A stretch of 64,000 nt of DNA from an uncultured Gammaproteobacteria bacterium (GTDB taxonomy: Bacteria > Pseudomonadota > Gammaproteobacteria > GCA-001735895). How positions within the stretch are numbered: position 1 is the first letter of the stretch; the number at the start of each line of letters is the position of its first letter. Under the pieces are notes generated by a model, which was given only the letters and a program-made list of their open reading frames with translations, did not search any database and had not been told where the DNA came from. The stretch lies in contig CAZAVY010000004.1 in the NCBI GenBank assembly GCA_964488685.1, positions 158 to 64,157 on the forward strand, given 5' to 3'. The translations under genes and the position numbers were made by a program. Below are positions 19,799 through 28,078 of this stretch, piece after piece.

Positions 19799-21764
19799 AA
19801 TTGGCAACTTTGCACTGGTGTTGGCGTTGTGCATCGCGATGCTGCAGGTTGGGTTCCCGCTGATGGGCGCGTATCGGGGTCGTACCGAATGGATGGCAAT
19901 TGCGCGGCCGGCTGCTGTTGCCCAATTGGTATTTATAAGTATCGCATTCGGCTGTCTCACCTACTCCTTTATAATGCATGATTTTTCGGTCGCTTATGTG
20001 GCCAGTAATTCCAACACCGCGTTACCGCTGATTTACCGGATCTCGGGTGTCTGGGGTGCGCACGAAGGTTCATTGTTGCTATGGATTTTAATTTTGGCGA
20101 TATGGACGGTCGCAGTTGCGAGATTTAGCCGTAGCGTGCCCCTGGCGATGGTAGCCAGAGTGTTGTCGGTGATGGGATTCATCAGCGTTGGTTTTTTGTT
20201 ATTTATATTGCTCACCTCCAATCCCTTCAGGCGCCTGTTTCCTACTCCTGTCGAAGGCATAGATCTCAATCCCCTGTTACAAGATATCGGCCTGGCTATC
20301 CACCCGCCGATGCTGTATCTCGGCTATGTCGGTTTTTCGGTCGCATTTGCGTTTGCCGTCGCGGCACTTTTGAGTGGTCGGCTGGATACTGCCTGGGCAC
20401 GTTGGTCGCGACCCTGGACCAATGTGGCCTGGATGTTTCTTACCATCGGTATTGCGATCGGCAGCTGGTGGGCTTATTACGAGCTAGGTTGGGGTGGTTG
20501 GTGGTTTTGGGACCCGGTCGAAAACGCCTCATTTATGCCCTGGTTGGTGGGAACGGCGTTGATACACTCCCTCGCGGTGACAGAAAAGCGAGGTATGTTC
20601 AAAGCCTGGACGGTGTTGCTGGCTGTATTGGCATTTTCGCTGTCGCTGTTAGGCACATTTTTGGTGCGCTCCGGCGTGTTAACATCGGTACACGCCTTCG
20701 CTATCGATCCATCTCGCGGAATCTTTATCCTCGGGTTTCTGGTCGTGGTAATTGGTGGTTCGCTAGGCTTGTATGCTTTTCGTGCCTCGAGAATTCGGAG
20801 CTATGTGCAGGTCGAATGGGTTTCCAGGGAGGCCGCGTTACTGCTGAACAACTTGTTTTTGGTGGTGGCAGCGGCCAGCGTGCTGCTCGGTACCCTGTAT
20901 CCCCTGGTGCTGGAAGCGCTGGGCATCGGGAAGATTTCGGTCGGACCTCCGTATTTTAACAGTGTATTCGTACCTTTGACTTTGCCGTTGGTTGTATTGG
21001 CGGGCGTGGGTGCATTGCTGCACTGGAAGCGAGATTCCTTACGTCGAATAGGCCCGGGCTTACTCATTCCACTGTTGCTGAGTGTCACCCTTGGTTTGCT
21101 ATTGCCATGGTTGTTATTCGATCGATACGTATGGAGTTCCAGCTTTGGTCTGATGTTTGGTATATGGGCAATTCTATTGGCGACTCTCGGAGTATTCGAA
21201 CGCGCCGGCACGCGTGGACTTCGAGGTCTGATAACGACACCTTTAGGGTTCTACGGCATGACTATGGCCCATATCGGTATCGGTGTTTTCGTCATAGGCG
21301 TGACCCTGACAACCACTTACAGTGAGGATAAAAACGTTCGCATGGTGCCAGGAGATGTATACGAATTGGCAGGGTATCGATTTTTATTCGAAGGCGTACA
21401 ACCGGCCACGGGACCTAACTACCTGGCTTACCGCGGGCATATAAAATTGAGTTATGACGGGCAGCCTGTAACTACGCTGACACCGGAAAAACGCCGATAT
21501 CCAGTCAGCCAAATTTTAATGACCGAGGCCGGTATCGATGCCGGCTTCAGTCGAGACATCTTCGTTTCGTTGGGCGAGCAGCTTGACGATAATAACGCCT
21601 GGAGTTTGCGTATTTACTATAAACCGTTTATCCGATGGATTTGGGGTGGCGCCTTGTTGATGGCATTTGGCGGTTTACTGGGTGCTTGCGACCGACGTTA
21701 CCGGGTGGGCATGCGACACCGTCAAACGCAGTCTGTGATGCCGAAATCAGCCGCCACTATATGA
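19788..21764 (+). CDS. ccmF: cytochrome c-type biogenesis heme lyase CcmF (NrfE-like)
   Basis: LIPEIGNFALVLALCIAM... N-terminus with TTG at 19788; WGGWWFWDPVENASFMPWL (WWD motif); about 15 TM segments. Confidence 0.9.
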   Translation: MIPEIGNFALVLALCIAMLQVGFPLMGAYRGRTEWMAIARPAAVAQLVFISIAFGCLTYSFIMHDFSVAYVASNSNTALPLIYRISGVWGAHEGSLLLWILILAIWTVAVARFSRSVPLAMVARVLSVMGFISVGFLLFILLTSNPFRRLFPTPVEGIDLNPLLQDIGLAIHPPMLYLGYVGFSVAFAFAVAALLSGRLDTAWARWSRPWTNVAWMFLTIGIAIGSWWAYYELGWGGWWFWDPVENASFMPWLVGTALIHSLAVTEKRGMFKAWTVLLAVLAFSLSLLGTFLVRSGVLTSVHAFAIDPSRGIFILGFLVVVIGGSLGLYAFRASRIRSYVQVEWVSREAALLLNNLFLVVAAASVLLGTLYPLVLEALGIGKISVGPPYFNSVFVPLTLPLVVLAGVGALLHWKRDSLRRIGPGLLIPLLLSVTLGLLLPWLLFDRYVWSSSFGLMFGIWAILLATLGVFERAGTRGLRGLITTPLGFYGMTMAHIGIGVFVIGVTLTTTYSEDKNVRMVPGDVYELAGYRFLFEGVQPATGPNYLAYRGHIKLSYDGQPVTTLTPEKRRYPVSQILMTEAGIDAGFSRDIFVSLGEQLDDNNAWSLRIYYKPFIRWIWGGALLMAFGGLLGACDRRYRVGMRHRQTQSVMPKSAATI

Positions 21765-21862
21765 AATTTTGCTTATTTAAACGGCCAGTTGTCCCTAGCC
21801 CGCATTTCTCATCCCTCTTCTACCGCGACCTTTCGCCGTTTTGCTACCAACGGTGGTGAGAA

Positions 21863-22351
21863 ATGCGGGCTCGCGAATTCTCGTTCAAAATTTACATCCG
21901 GCAACTCCTGTTGCTGTTTCTGCTTACTTTCACGGGTGTCGCTTTTGCGCAAAAGGAGTTGTATGAATTTAACGATCCCGCTCAAGAAGCGCTCTATCTG
22001 TCTTTGATCGCCGAATTGCGCTGCCTGGTTTGTCAAAATCAGAATCTGGCGGAATCGAATGCGGATCTGGCGAAGGATCTTCGCCAGAAGACCTGGGAGC
22101 TGGTGGTAAATGGGGAGACTGAGCAGCAAGTGATCGATTTCATGGTTAGCCGCTATGGTGAGTTCGTATTATACCGCCCCCCGGTTAATGCGCGTACCCT
22201 GTTTTTGTGGCTAGGGCCGTTCATACTGCTGGGCTGTGGAGTTGTTGCAATAGTGTTGTTGATTCGACGTCGCGACAAGGTGCTGCCGGAGTTCAATGCA
22301 ACCGATCGAGAGCGAGTGCGAGCACTGCTTGACGCGGAGGACGATCGCTGA
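21863..22351 (+). CDS. ccmH: cytochrome c-type biogenesis protein CcmH (NrfF-like)
   Basis: Signal peptide, the LRCLVCQNQNLAESNADLA motif (LRCxxC), and a C-terminal TM segment. Confidence 0.85.
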   Translation: MRAREFSFKIYIRQLLLLFLLTFTGVAFAQKELYEFNDPAQEALYLSLIAELRCLVCQNQNLAESNADLAKDLRQKTWELVVNGETEQQVIDFMVSRYGEFVLYRPPVNARTLFLWLGPFILLGCGVVAIVLLIRRRDKVLPEFNATDRERVRALLDAEDDR

Positions 22352-23577
22352 TGATCGGGTTCTGGATCGTCTGCTTTTTAATGTTGGGACTGGCGCTGGT
22401 GTTTTTACTGCCGGCATTTTATCGAACCGGAAATCATGCCGATGTAGACCGTAATTCGCTCAATATCAATATTGCCCGCCAACGCTTGCGAGAGCTTCAG
22501 GCCGACGCCGATGCCGGTTTCATTGCTCAATCAGACCTTGCCATTGCCCGTGAAGAGCTTGAGCGCAACCTGCTTGACGATCTGGACCAGAGTGTTCGTC
22601 CGGGGACTACCCGGTTCAATCCGCTGTGGCCAATTTCAGTGGCTGTTGGACTACCCCTGATAGTCAGCGGTTTATATTTACAGGTTGGTACGCCGCAGGC
22701 GCTGCTTGAACCCGCAACGGCCGTGGTTGAAACCTCGACAGCGACAGCGGTCAATTCCGATAGTCAGCTGGAACCGCTAAAAGCGCGTGTAAATAGGGAT
22801 GACAAAGACGTCGAAGCCTGGCTGTTGCTGGCACAGGCTTATATGGCGATGAAACAATACGGTGATGCTGCCGATACGCTCGAAACCTTGCGAGCCAAAA
22901 ACGGTGACAATCCATTGCGGCTGGCGCGCAATGCCAATGCGCTGGCAATGGCTAACCGTGGTCAGATTCAGGCTAAGTCTCTGGGTCTCGTCGAAGCTGC
23001 ACTGGCATTGGATCCAAATCAGCCTCAGGGGCTATGGCTGGCAGGCATGGCGGCATTCCAGCGAAGCGACTATCAAGCAGCCCTGGATTATTGGCGCCGG
23101 TTGGAACCATTGATGCCGCATCAAGATGAGGATGCGATGGCCGGATTAAAAGAGGTGATCCAGAGAGCGGAATCCGAGCTTGCGAAACCTTCTTCAGGCG
23201 TAGCGGGGCAACCCGCTATTGACGGATCCATGCCGTTGTTAAGAGTGAGTGTTACCCTGGATGAGCGATTTATCGACCAGGCATCTCCAGACGATACCTT
23301 GTTTGTGTATGCGCGCGCAATGCAGGACCCTCAAATCCCCCTCGCTGTGGTACGTAAACGCGTCGAAGATTTACCGCTGACCGTGATTCTGGATGACTCC
23401 ATGGCGATGTTGCCGGAAATGCGATTATCCAATTTTAAAGAGGTCAGGGTCAGTGCGCGGATTTCGAAGTCGGGTGATGCAATACCCCAAAGCGGTGACT
23501 TTTTAGGCGAGGTTGCCCCGGTTCACCCGGCGGATGCGCAGCTTATTCGAGTAATCATTTCAACATTGGTGCCGTAA
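22351..23577 (+). CDS. ccmI: cytochrome c-type biogenesis TPR protein CcmI/CycH (NrfG-like)
   Basis: ATGA overlap with ccmH. Two N-terminal TM segments, then TPR-like repeats (AWLLLAQAYMAMKQYGDAADTLE...). Confidence 0.8.
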   Translation: MIGFWIVCFLMLGLALVFLLPAFYRTGNHADVDRNSLNINIARQRLRELQADADAGFIAQSDLAIAREELERNLLDDLDQSVRPGTTRFNPLWPISVAVGLPLIVSGLYLQVGTPQALLEPATAVVETSTATAVNSDSQLEPLKARVNRDDKDVEAWLLLAQAYMAMKQYGDAADTLETLRAKNGDNPLRLARNANALAMANRGQIQAKSLGLVEAALALDPNQPQGLWLAGMAAFQRSDYQAALDYWRRLEPLMPHQDEDAMAGLKEVIQRAESELAKPSSGVAGQPAIDGSMPLLRVSVTLDERFIDQASPDDTLFVYARAMQDPQIPLAVVRKRVEDLPLTVILDDSMAMLPEMRLSNFKEVRVSARISKSGDAIPQSGDFLGEVAPVHPADAQLIRVIISTLVP

Positions 23578-23619
23578 CGCGAGTGTGAATTCTCGGGTTG
23601 ATACTTGTTTCAATAGTTC

Positions 23620-23680
23620 CGAAAGCATCAGACATCATGTTTTAACTTCCCTGTCGAAAACATGATGTCTGATGCTTTCG
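23620..23680. terminator. perfect 22-bp stem / 17-nt loop hairpin downstream of ccmI (no U-tract)
   Basis: cgaaagcatcagacatcatgtt (23620-23641) pairs perfectly with aacatgatgtctgatgctttcg (23659-23680). Confidence 0.4.
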
Positions 23681-24071
23681 ACAAGAATGGTTCCAGAAAA
23701 AAGCGTTCTATAACAATTCGTTGCAAGTTAAAACATATCAGCCCGTATTTCTCAGTGCGCTCTTCATTACTGCGACGGCACTAAGCCGCACCCTGCCTGC
23801 ATGTCTCCCGGTCAGAGCGCTTAACATAGTGTCAACTATGTCTGCGCACTCTTCGCTCGCCCGCGTTTCACACCACCTTCGCAACGAGTGGGTGTCCGGG
23901 GTAGTGAAAATTTATGGAATAAATTCGGCTGCCATGTATAATGCAGAAATTCCCCGCCTTTAGTGGCGCGGAGGTTTGCAAACGTAGAAATAGGTCGATG
24001 CCTGGCCCTGCGCTAAGCGTAAGCGCGTAAGAATTATAAGCACCAATAACCAAAGATTTTAGAGGTTAAAG

Positions 24072-24782
24072 ATGAAAACTGCGTACTTAACGGTTTGTTC
24101 GCTGGCGGTGTTATTGCTGTCAAGTCCTGTAATGGCGGCTAAATATAAGGAATCCGGTGTCACCGATGGCGGCTCTCTAACGGGCATAATCAGTTACAAA
24201 GGTCGAGTCAAAACAAAAACAGTCTTACCCACCAAGGATAAAAGTGTCTGCGGTGGTCCGCGTAAGCAAAAATTAATTCAAGTCAATGCCGATGGGGCGG
24301 TGAAGAATTCCATCGTCTTCCTCAAAAAAGTTGCTGCCGGCAAGTCCTGGCCAAAATTAACAGAAAAACCCAGTATCACTAATATCGATTGTATATTTGA
24401 ACCGCGTGTACAGGTCGTGCGGCGGGGCAAAATTGATATTTACAATAAGGATCCCGTATTACACAACACCCATGGCTACTACGGAAAGCGCACTGCTTTC
24501 AATGTAGCAATGCCATTGCAGGATTCGAAGGTTAGCAAGTTGTTACGATCTGCTGGTGAAGTGCGCGTCGATTGCGATGCACATGGTTGGATGTTGGGGT
24601 GGATTTATGTGGTAGACAACCCATACTACACCATGACCGGAGATGATGGGAGGTTCTCCATTGCAGATGTACCACCGGGCGACTACACAATGGTAGTTTG
24701 GCAGGAGCAGCTCGGCATCACCGAAGTATCAGTAAATGTGAAGGCGAATGGGTCAACCAGCACAGATATTGAGTTGAAATAA
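24072..24782 (+). CDS. secreted amicyanin-like cupredoxin embedded in a carboxypeptidase-regulatory-like beta sandwich
   Basis: Signal peptide. Putative type-1 Cu ligands LHNTH ... CDAHGWM (H, C-x2-H-x2-M spacing as in amicyanin). Flanked by GSLTGIISYKG and DGRFSIADVPPGDYTMVVW segments. Paralog at 53289. Confidence 0.7.
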   Translation: MKTAYLTVCSLAVLLLSSPVMAAKYKESGVTDGGSLTGIISYKGRVKTKTVLPTKDKSVCGGPRKQKLIQVNADGAVKNSIVFLKKVAAGKSWPKLTEKPSITNIDCIFEPRVQVVRRGKIDIYNKDPVLHNTHGYYGKRTAFNVAMPLQDSKVSKLLRSAGEVRVDCDAHGWMLGWIYVVDNPYYTMTGDDGRFSIADVPPGDYTMVVWQEQLGITEVSVNVKANGSTSTDIELK

Positions 24783-24852
24783 CAATTAGCACATACAGGT
24801 CCAGGCGCCAAATCCGGCGTTAAGATCCAAAATTGACGGAGGATGATTCAAA

Positions 24853-25953
24853 ATGAAAAAAAATGATAAAGAAGAAGATTTGAAAGAAGGTAGGCTAGAT
24901 TTATCACGTCGCACCTTTCTGCATAAATCGATAGTTGCGGGGGCTGCTGTTGCATCAGCGAGCTTATTCGAAACCATAAGTACCATGAATGTAGCAAATG
25001 CGGCCGGGGAGGCATTCAGCTTCGCATGGGTATCTGATACGCATTTATATCCGAAGAAACTGAATACCCGTTTTGTCGAAAAGGCGGCACGTGCGTTTGC
25101 TGAAGTTGAGGCACAAAGTAAAAATCTGGATTTCATGATATTCGGCGGTGATTTGGCGCAGAAGGGTGATCCGGTGGAATTGCGCGAAGGGGCAGAAATG
25201 CTTAATGAGTTAAAGATCAAGCAATATTTTATTCCCGGAGAGCATGACTGGTATCTCGATTTGGGTGAAACCTGGAATAGAAGATTTGGTGAATCGCCCT
25301 GGACATTTGATCACAAGGGCGTGCGTTTTATTGGCCTTAACACCGTCGGCCAGGCGCCTGATTACTGGTCTGCCAAGGGGATGACGGCAAAAGAACGCAT
25401 GGGCCATATGGAGGCACTCGATGGCTCTCAAGCGGGGCCATGGGCCGGATTAGGCAAAAAACAATTAGAGTGGTTGTCTAGTACGATGGCTGGGGTATCA
25501 AAAAAGGCTCCGATTATCATTTTAAGTCACAACCCGTTGTATGAGTACTTCGCGCCCTGGAATTTCTGGGTTCGCGACTGGCGTGAAGTGCATGAAATAA
25601 TTGCTCCCTATTCCAACGTTACCAATATTCATGGACATACCCACCAGGTGTTGTATCACGAAGAGGGCACTACGCGTTTCATCGGTCAGCTTGCAACCTC
25701 ATGGCCATGGCCTTATGCGCCCGAAGGCGTGCCGGCACTTACCAGGCCCATGATTCGAGTCGACCCGGGCGACCCCTTTGATGGCGTTGGCTGGAGCAAG
25801 TTGAGTTCGTCATCGTCCGGGGTTGAACAAGAGTACAAGATGTGGCGAGAGGAAGTGTTCGCGAGCGCAGATGTAGATTCTGGTACGGGTGATAACCGAA
25901 ATCAGAAACTGTCTCCGCGCATAGTTGATCGTGACTGGAACTACCAAAAATAG
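24853..25953 (+). CDS. Tat-exported calcineurin-like metallophosphoesterase
   Basis: Twin-arginine signal SRRTFLHKSIVAGAAVASA. Motifs WVSDTHL, GGDLAQKGD, GEHDW, SHNPL, HGHTHQ. Confidence 0.8.
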   Translation: MKKNDKEEDLKEGRLDLSRRTFLHKSIVAGAAVASASLFETISTMNVANAAGEAFSFAWVSDTHLYPKKLNTRFVEKAARAFAEVEAQSKNLDFMIFGGDLAQKGDPVELREGAEMLNELKIKQYFIPGEHDWYLDLGETWNRRFGESPWTFDHKGVRFIGLNTVGQAPDYWSAKGMTAKERMGHMEALDGSQAGPWAGLGKKQLEWLSSTMAGVSKKAPIIILSHNPLYEYFAPWNFWVRDWREVHEIIAPYSNVTNIHGHTHQVLYHEEGTTRFIGQLATSWPWPYAPEGVPALTRPMIRVDPGDPFDGVGWSKLSSSSSGVEQEYKMWREEVFASADVDSGTGDNRNQKLSPRIVDRDWNYQK

Positions 25954-25959
25954 GAGGAT

Positions 25960-26433
25960 ATGAAAATGAAAAAATTAAATATAAAGCTACACCTGCTAAG
26001 TGGTGCCACCTGCCTGCTATCGCTTCCTTTAATTATCATGCTGGCGACTCAACCCGCGGTAGCACATAAGGAAGCGCATGATTTGGCGACGCTAAAGGCG
26101 TTCGATGATGCCTTTATGGATCAAGTGAAACTGGGAGACAGTCTGTTTCACGGCGACCCTGTTGCGCAAAAGGAAACGGGAGTGAACCTGTCAGATACGG
26201 GAATGGCCTGTGCCATGTGTCATCCTTTCGCTTCGGATATTCATCCACATGAATTTCCAAAATTCCAGGAACAGATGAGCGAATTTGCGACACTTCGTGA
26301 CATGGTAAACTGGTGTATCGAAAAACCTAACGAAGGCCAGGTGATCGATGTCAACAGTGATGCAATGAAGGCTTTAGAGGCCTACATGGTATGGTCGAAT
26401 CGGGGTTCTAAGTTAGATCCGGGTAGACACTAG
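25960..26433 (+). CDS. periplasmic monoheme c-type cytochrome
   Basis: AGGAGG RBS, signal peptide, single CAMCH heme motif. Confidence 0.75.
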   Translation: MKMKKLNIKLHLLSGATCLLSLPLIIMLATQPAVAHKEAHDLATLKAFDDAFMDQVKLGDSLFHGDPVAQKETGVNLSDTGMACAMCHPFASDIHPHEFPKFQEQMSEFATLRDMVNWCIEKPNEGQVIDVNSDAMKALEAYMVWSNRGSKLDPGRH

Positions 26434-26603
26434 TAAAATGCGCAAGTAAGTGTAAATTGCGTGTCCATAGTTGTTTAGTGGCACGTACAGAGTAAGTCGC
26501 AGGTATTGAGTCATCGGGTGGGCGCACGGATTGATAACTGATCCGCGCGTGCCACCCGAACCTTTGTGGAGGCCGGCAGTTAAGCAATCAATTCAGGTAT
26601 TTG

Positions 26604-26628
26604 GGAACTGAATATGCAAAATTTCGTG
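26604..26628 (+). promoter_or_regulatory. candidate ECF-type promoter (GGAAC-N16-CGT)
   Basis: GGAAC at 26604-26608, a 16-nt AT-rich spacer, CGTG at 26625-26628. Lies in the 210-bp gap before the diheme cytochrome gene. The leader to the TTG start would be very short. Confidence 0.25.
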
Positions 26629-26643
26629 TAGGGTTCGATTGTA

Positions 26644-27606
26644 TTGAAAAAACTGATCACTAGAGTTTCACTGGTCGTAATCGCAGGTTTGATCGTAACG
26701 ACGGCCAGTGTCGCGTTGTTGGAAGGAGAAGAATCAACAACCGAGACCAGCTACAAGTCTTTTTTCGATTATCCTGCCAATGTTGAAAATATAGCACCCG
26801 TGGGTCATTCGCCACCGGTTACGCCTCGGTTTATCGAGCACGGGCGGTGGGTATATCGCGGCCTGTGCATCGGCTGCCACGGTGTCAATGGCGATGGTAA
26901 TGGTGCCGTTTGGGAGTTAGCCGATCAATATTCGCCCAAGCACAAATTGCCCCGAAAGCCAAGGGATTTTACCCAGGCTGTGTTCAAGTTGCGCTCAACA
27001 CCGAGCGGTTCGTTTCCAACAGATGCTGATCTATTCAAGTCTTTATCGCGTGGTTTGATAGCAGATTCGGATATGCCGGCTTTCAAATTTCTACCCGAGC
27101 GAGACCGATGGGCCGTAATCGCCTATATCAAAACCTTGTCGGAACGCTGGGTAGAAGAAGAAGAGTATCAGGAAGAGCCGATATTTATTGGTGATCCACC
27201 CGTTCCTGATCTGAATATGATTGCGGAAGGGAAGAAAGTATACGCCTTGATGAAATGCGAGGAATGCCATGGATTACTCGGCAAGGGCGATGGACCCTCG
27301 GCATCGGACTTGGAAGACGATGATGGCCTTGCGATACTGCCGCGTGATTTTGGCGATGCCAGTCAGTTTGTCGGAGCAAGTGACCCGCGCGGCGTCTTCC
27401 AGACATTTAACACCGGGCTGGATGGCACGCCAATGCCCTCCTTTTCAGATTTTCTCGATGCAGAGCAAAGCTGGCAGCTGGTATGGTATGTAACCTCGCT
27501 AAGATCTGAATGGAGCCTGGAAGCAACCCGCGAAGCAATGCTGCAACAGCGAGATCAACCCACCAATAGCGGTGTAGATGTTAATTCATCTGCTACAACC
27601 GATTAG
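26644..27606 (+). CDS. periplasmic diheme c-type cytochrome
   Basis: Two heme motifs, CIGCHGVNGDGNG and CEECHGLLGKGDG. FKLRSTPSGSFPTDADLF segment. Paralog at 52393. TTG start. Confidence 0.8.
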   Translation: MKKLITRVSLVVIAGLIVTTASVALLEGEESTTETSYKSFFDYPANVENIAPVGHSPPVTPRFIEHGRWVYRGLCIGCHGVNGDGNGAVWELADQYSPKHKLPRKPRDFTQAVFKLRSTPSGSFPTDADLFKSLSRGLIADSDMPAFKFLPERDRWAVIAYIKTLSERWVEEEEYQEEPIFIGDPPVPDLNMIAEGKKVYALMKCEECHGLLGKGDGPSASDLEDDDGLAILPRDFGDASQFVGASDPRGVFQTFNTGLDGTPMPSFSDFLDAEQSWQLVWYVTSLRSEWSLEATREAMLQQRDQPTNSGVDVNSSATTD

Positions 27607-27607
27607 T

Positions 27608-28078
27608 ATGCTTGCGAGGCAGTCCCGTATGACAATGGCCATTGTTTTATCCGGTATAGCATTCGCGGGTATGTGTGCCTGGATGGTGAACAAGCTCCTG
27701 CCGGTGCGTGACACGACCGTGGCTGCGATGGATATCGCCTCACCGATTAACTATCAAAAGCTTGGACAGGGCTCTAACCTAGCCAATCTTGAAAGAGGGC
27801 GTAGTTACTATGCTCAGCTTTGCATGTCCTGCCACGGCGGCAGCGGAGATGGGAATGGTGAATGGGCCTATCGAGTGACACCCCGACCTGCAGACCTGAG
27901 AAGCCCGCGTGCCAGGGGTCGTAGCGATGAACAGTTGTTCAGCATAATTAGCGAGGGACTGCCCGGTACTTCTATGGTGGGAATGAAAGCTAAGCTTTCT
28001 ACAACCCAGCGCTGGCAAATTGTAGAATATTTACGTCATCTGATGTTTGGTGAGGAGCAACTCACAGCCAATGACTAG
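27608..28078 (+). CDS. membrane-anchored monoheme c-type cytochrome
   Basis: TM anchor MTMAIVLSGIAFAGMCAWMV; CMSCHGGSGDGNG; Met-ligand region LPGTSMVGM. Start uncertain (27578, 27608 or 27629). Confidence 0.75.
   Translation: MLARQSRMTMAIVLSGIAFAGMCAWMVNKLLPVRDTTVAAMDIASPINYQKLGQGSNLANLERGRSYYAQLCMSCHGGSGDGNGEWAYRVTPRPADLRSPRARGRSDEQLFSIISEGLPGTSMVGMKAKLSTTQRWQIVEYLRHLMFGEEQLTAND

Noticed and set aside
23721-23963. 80-aa ORF in the ccmI-to-cupredoxin intergenic region
   Set aside because: No RBS, no motif, and it begins inside a repeat-motif site. The region is treated as non-coding, though a small RNA cannot be excluded.
26510-26560. Imperfect inverted repeat gggtgggcgcacggat...atccgcgcgtgccaccc after the monoheme cytochrome gene as a terminator
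   Set aside because: The stem has several mismatches and no U-tract follows. Support is insufficient to annotate it.
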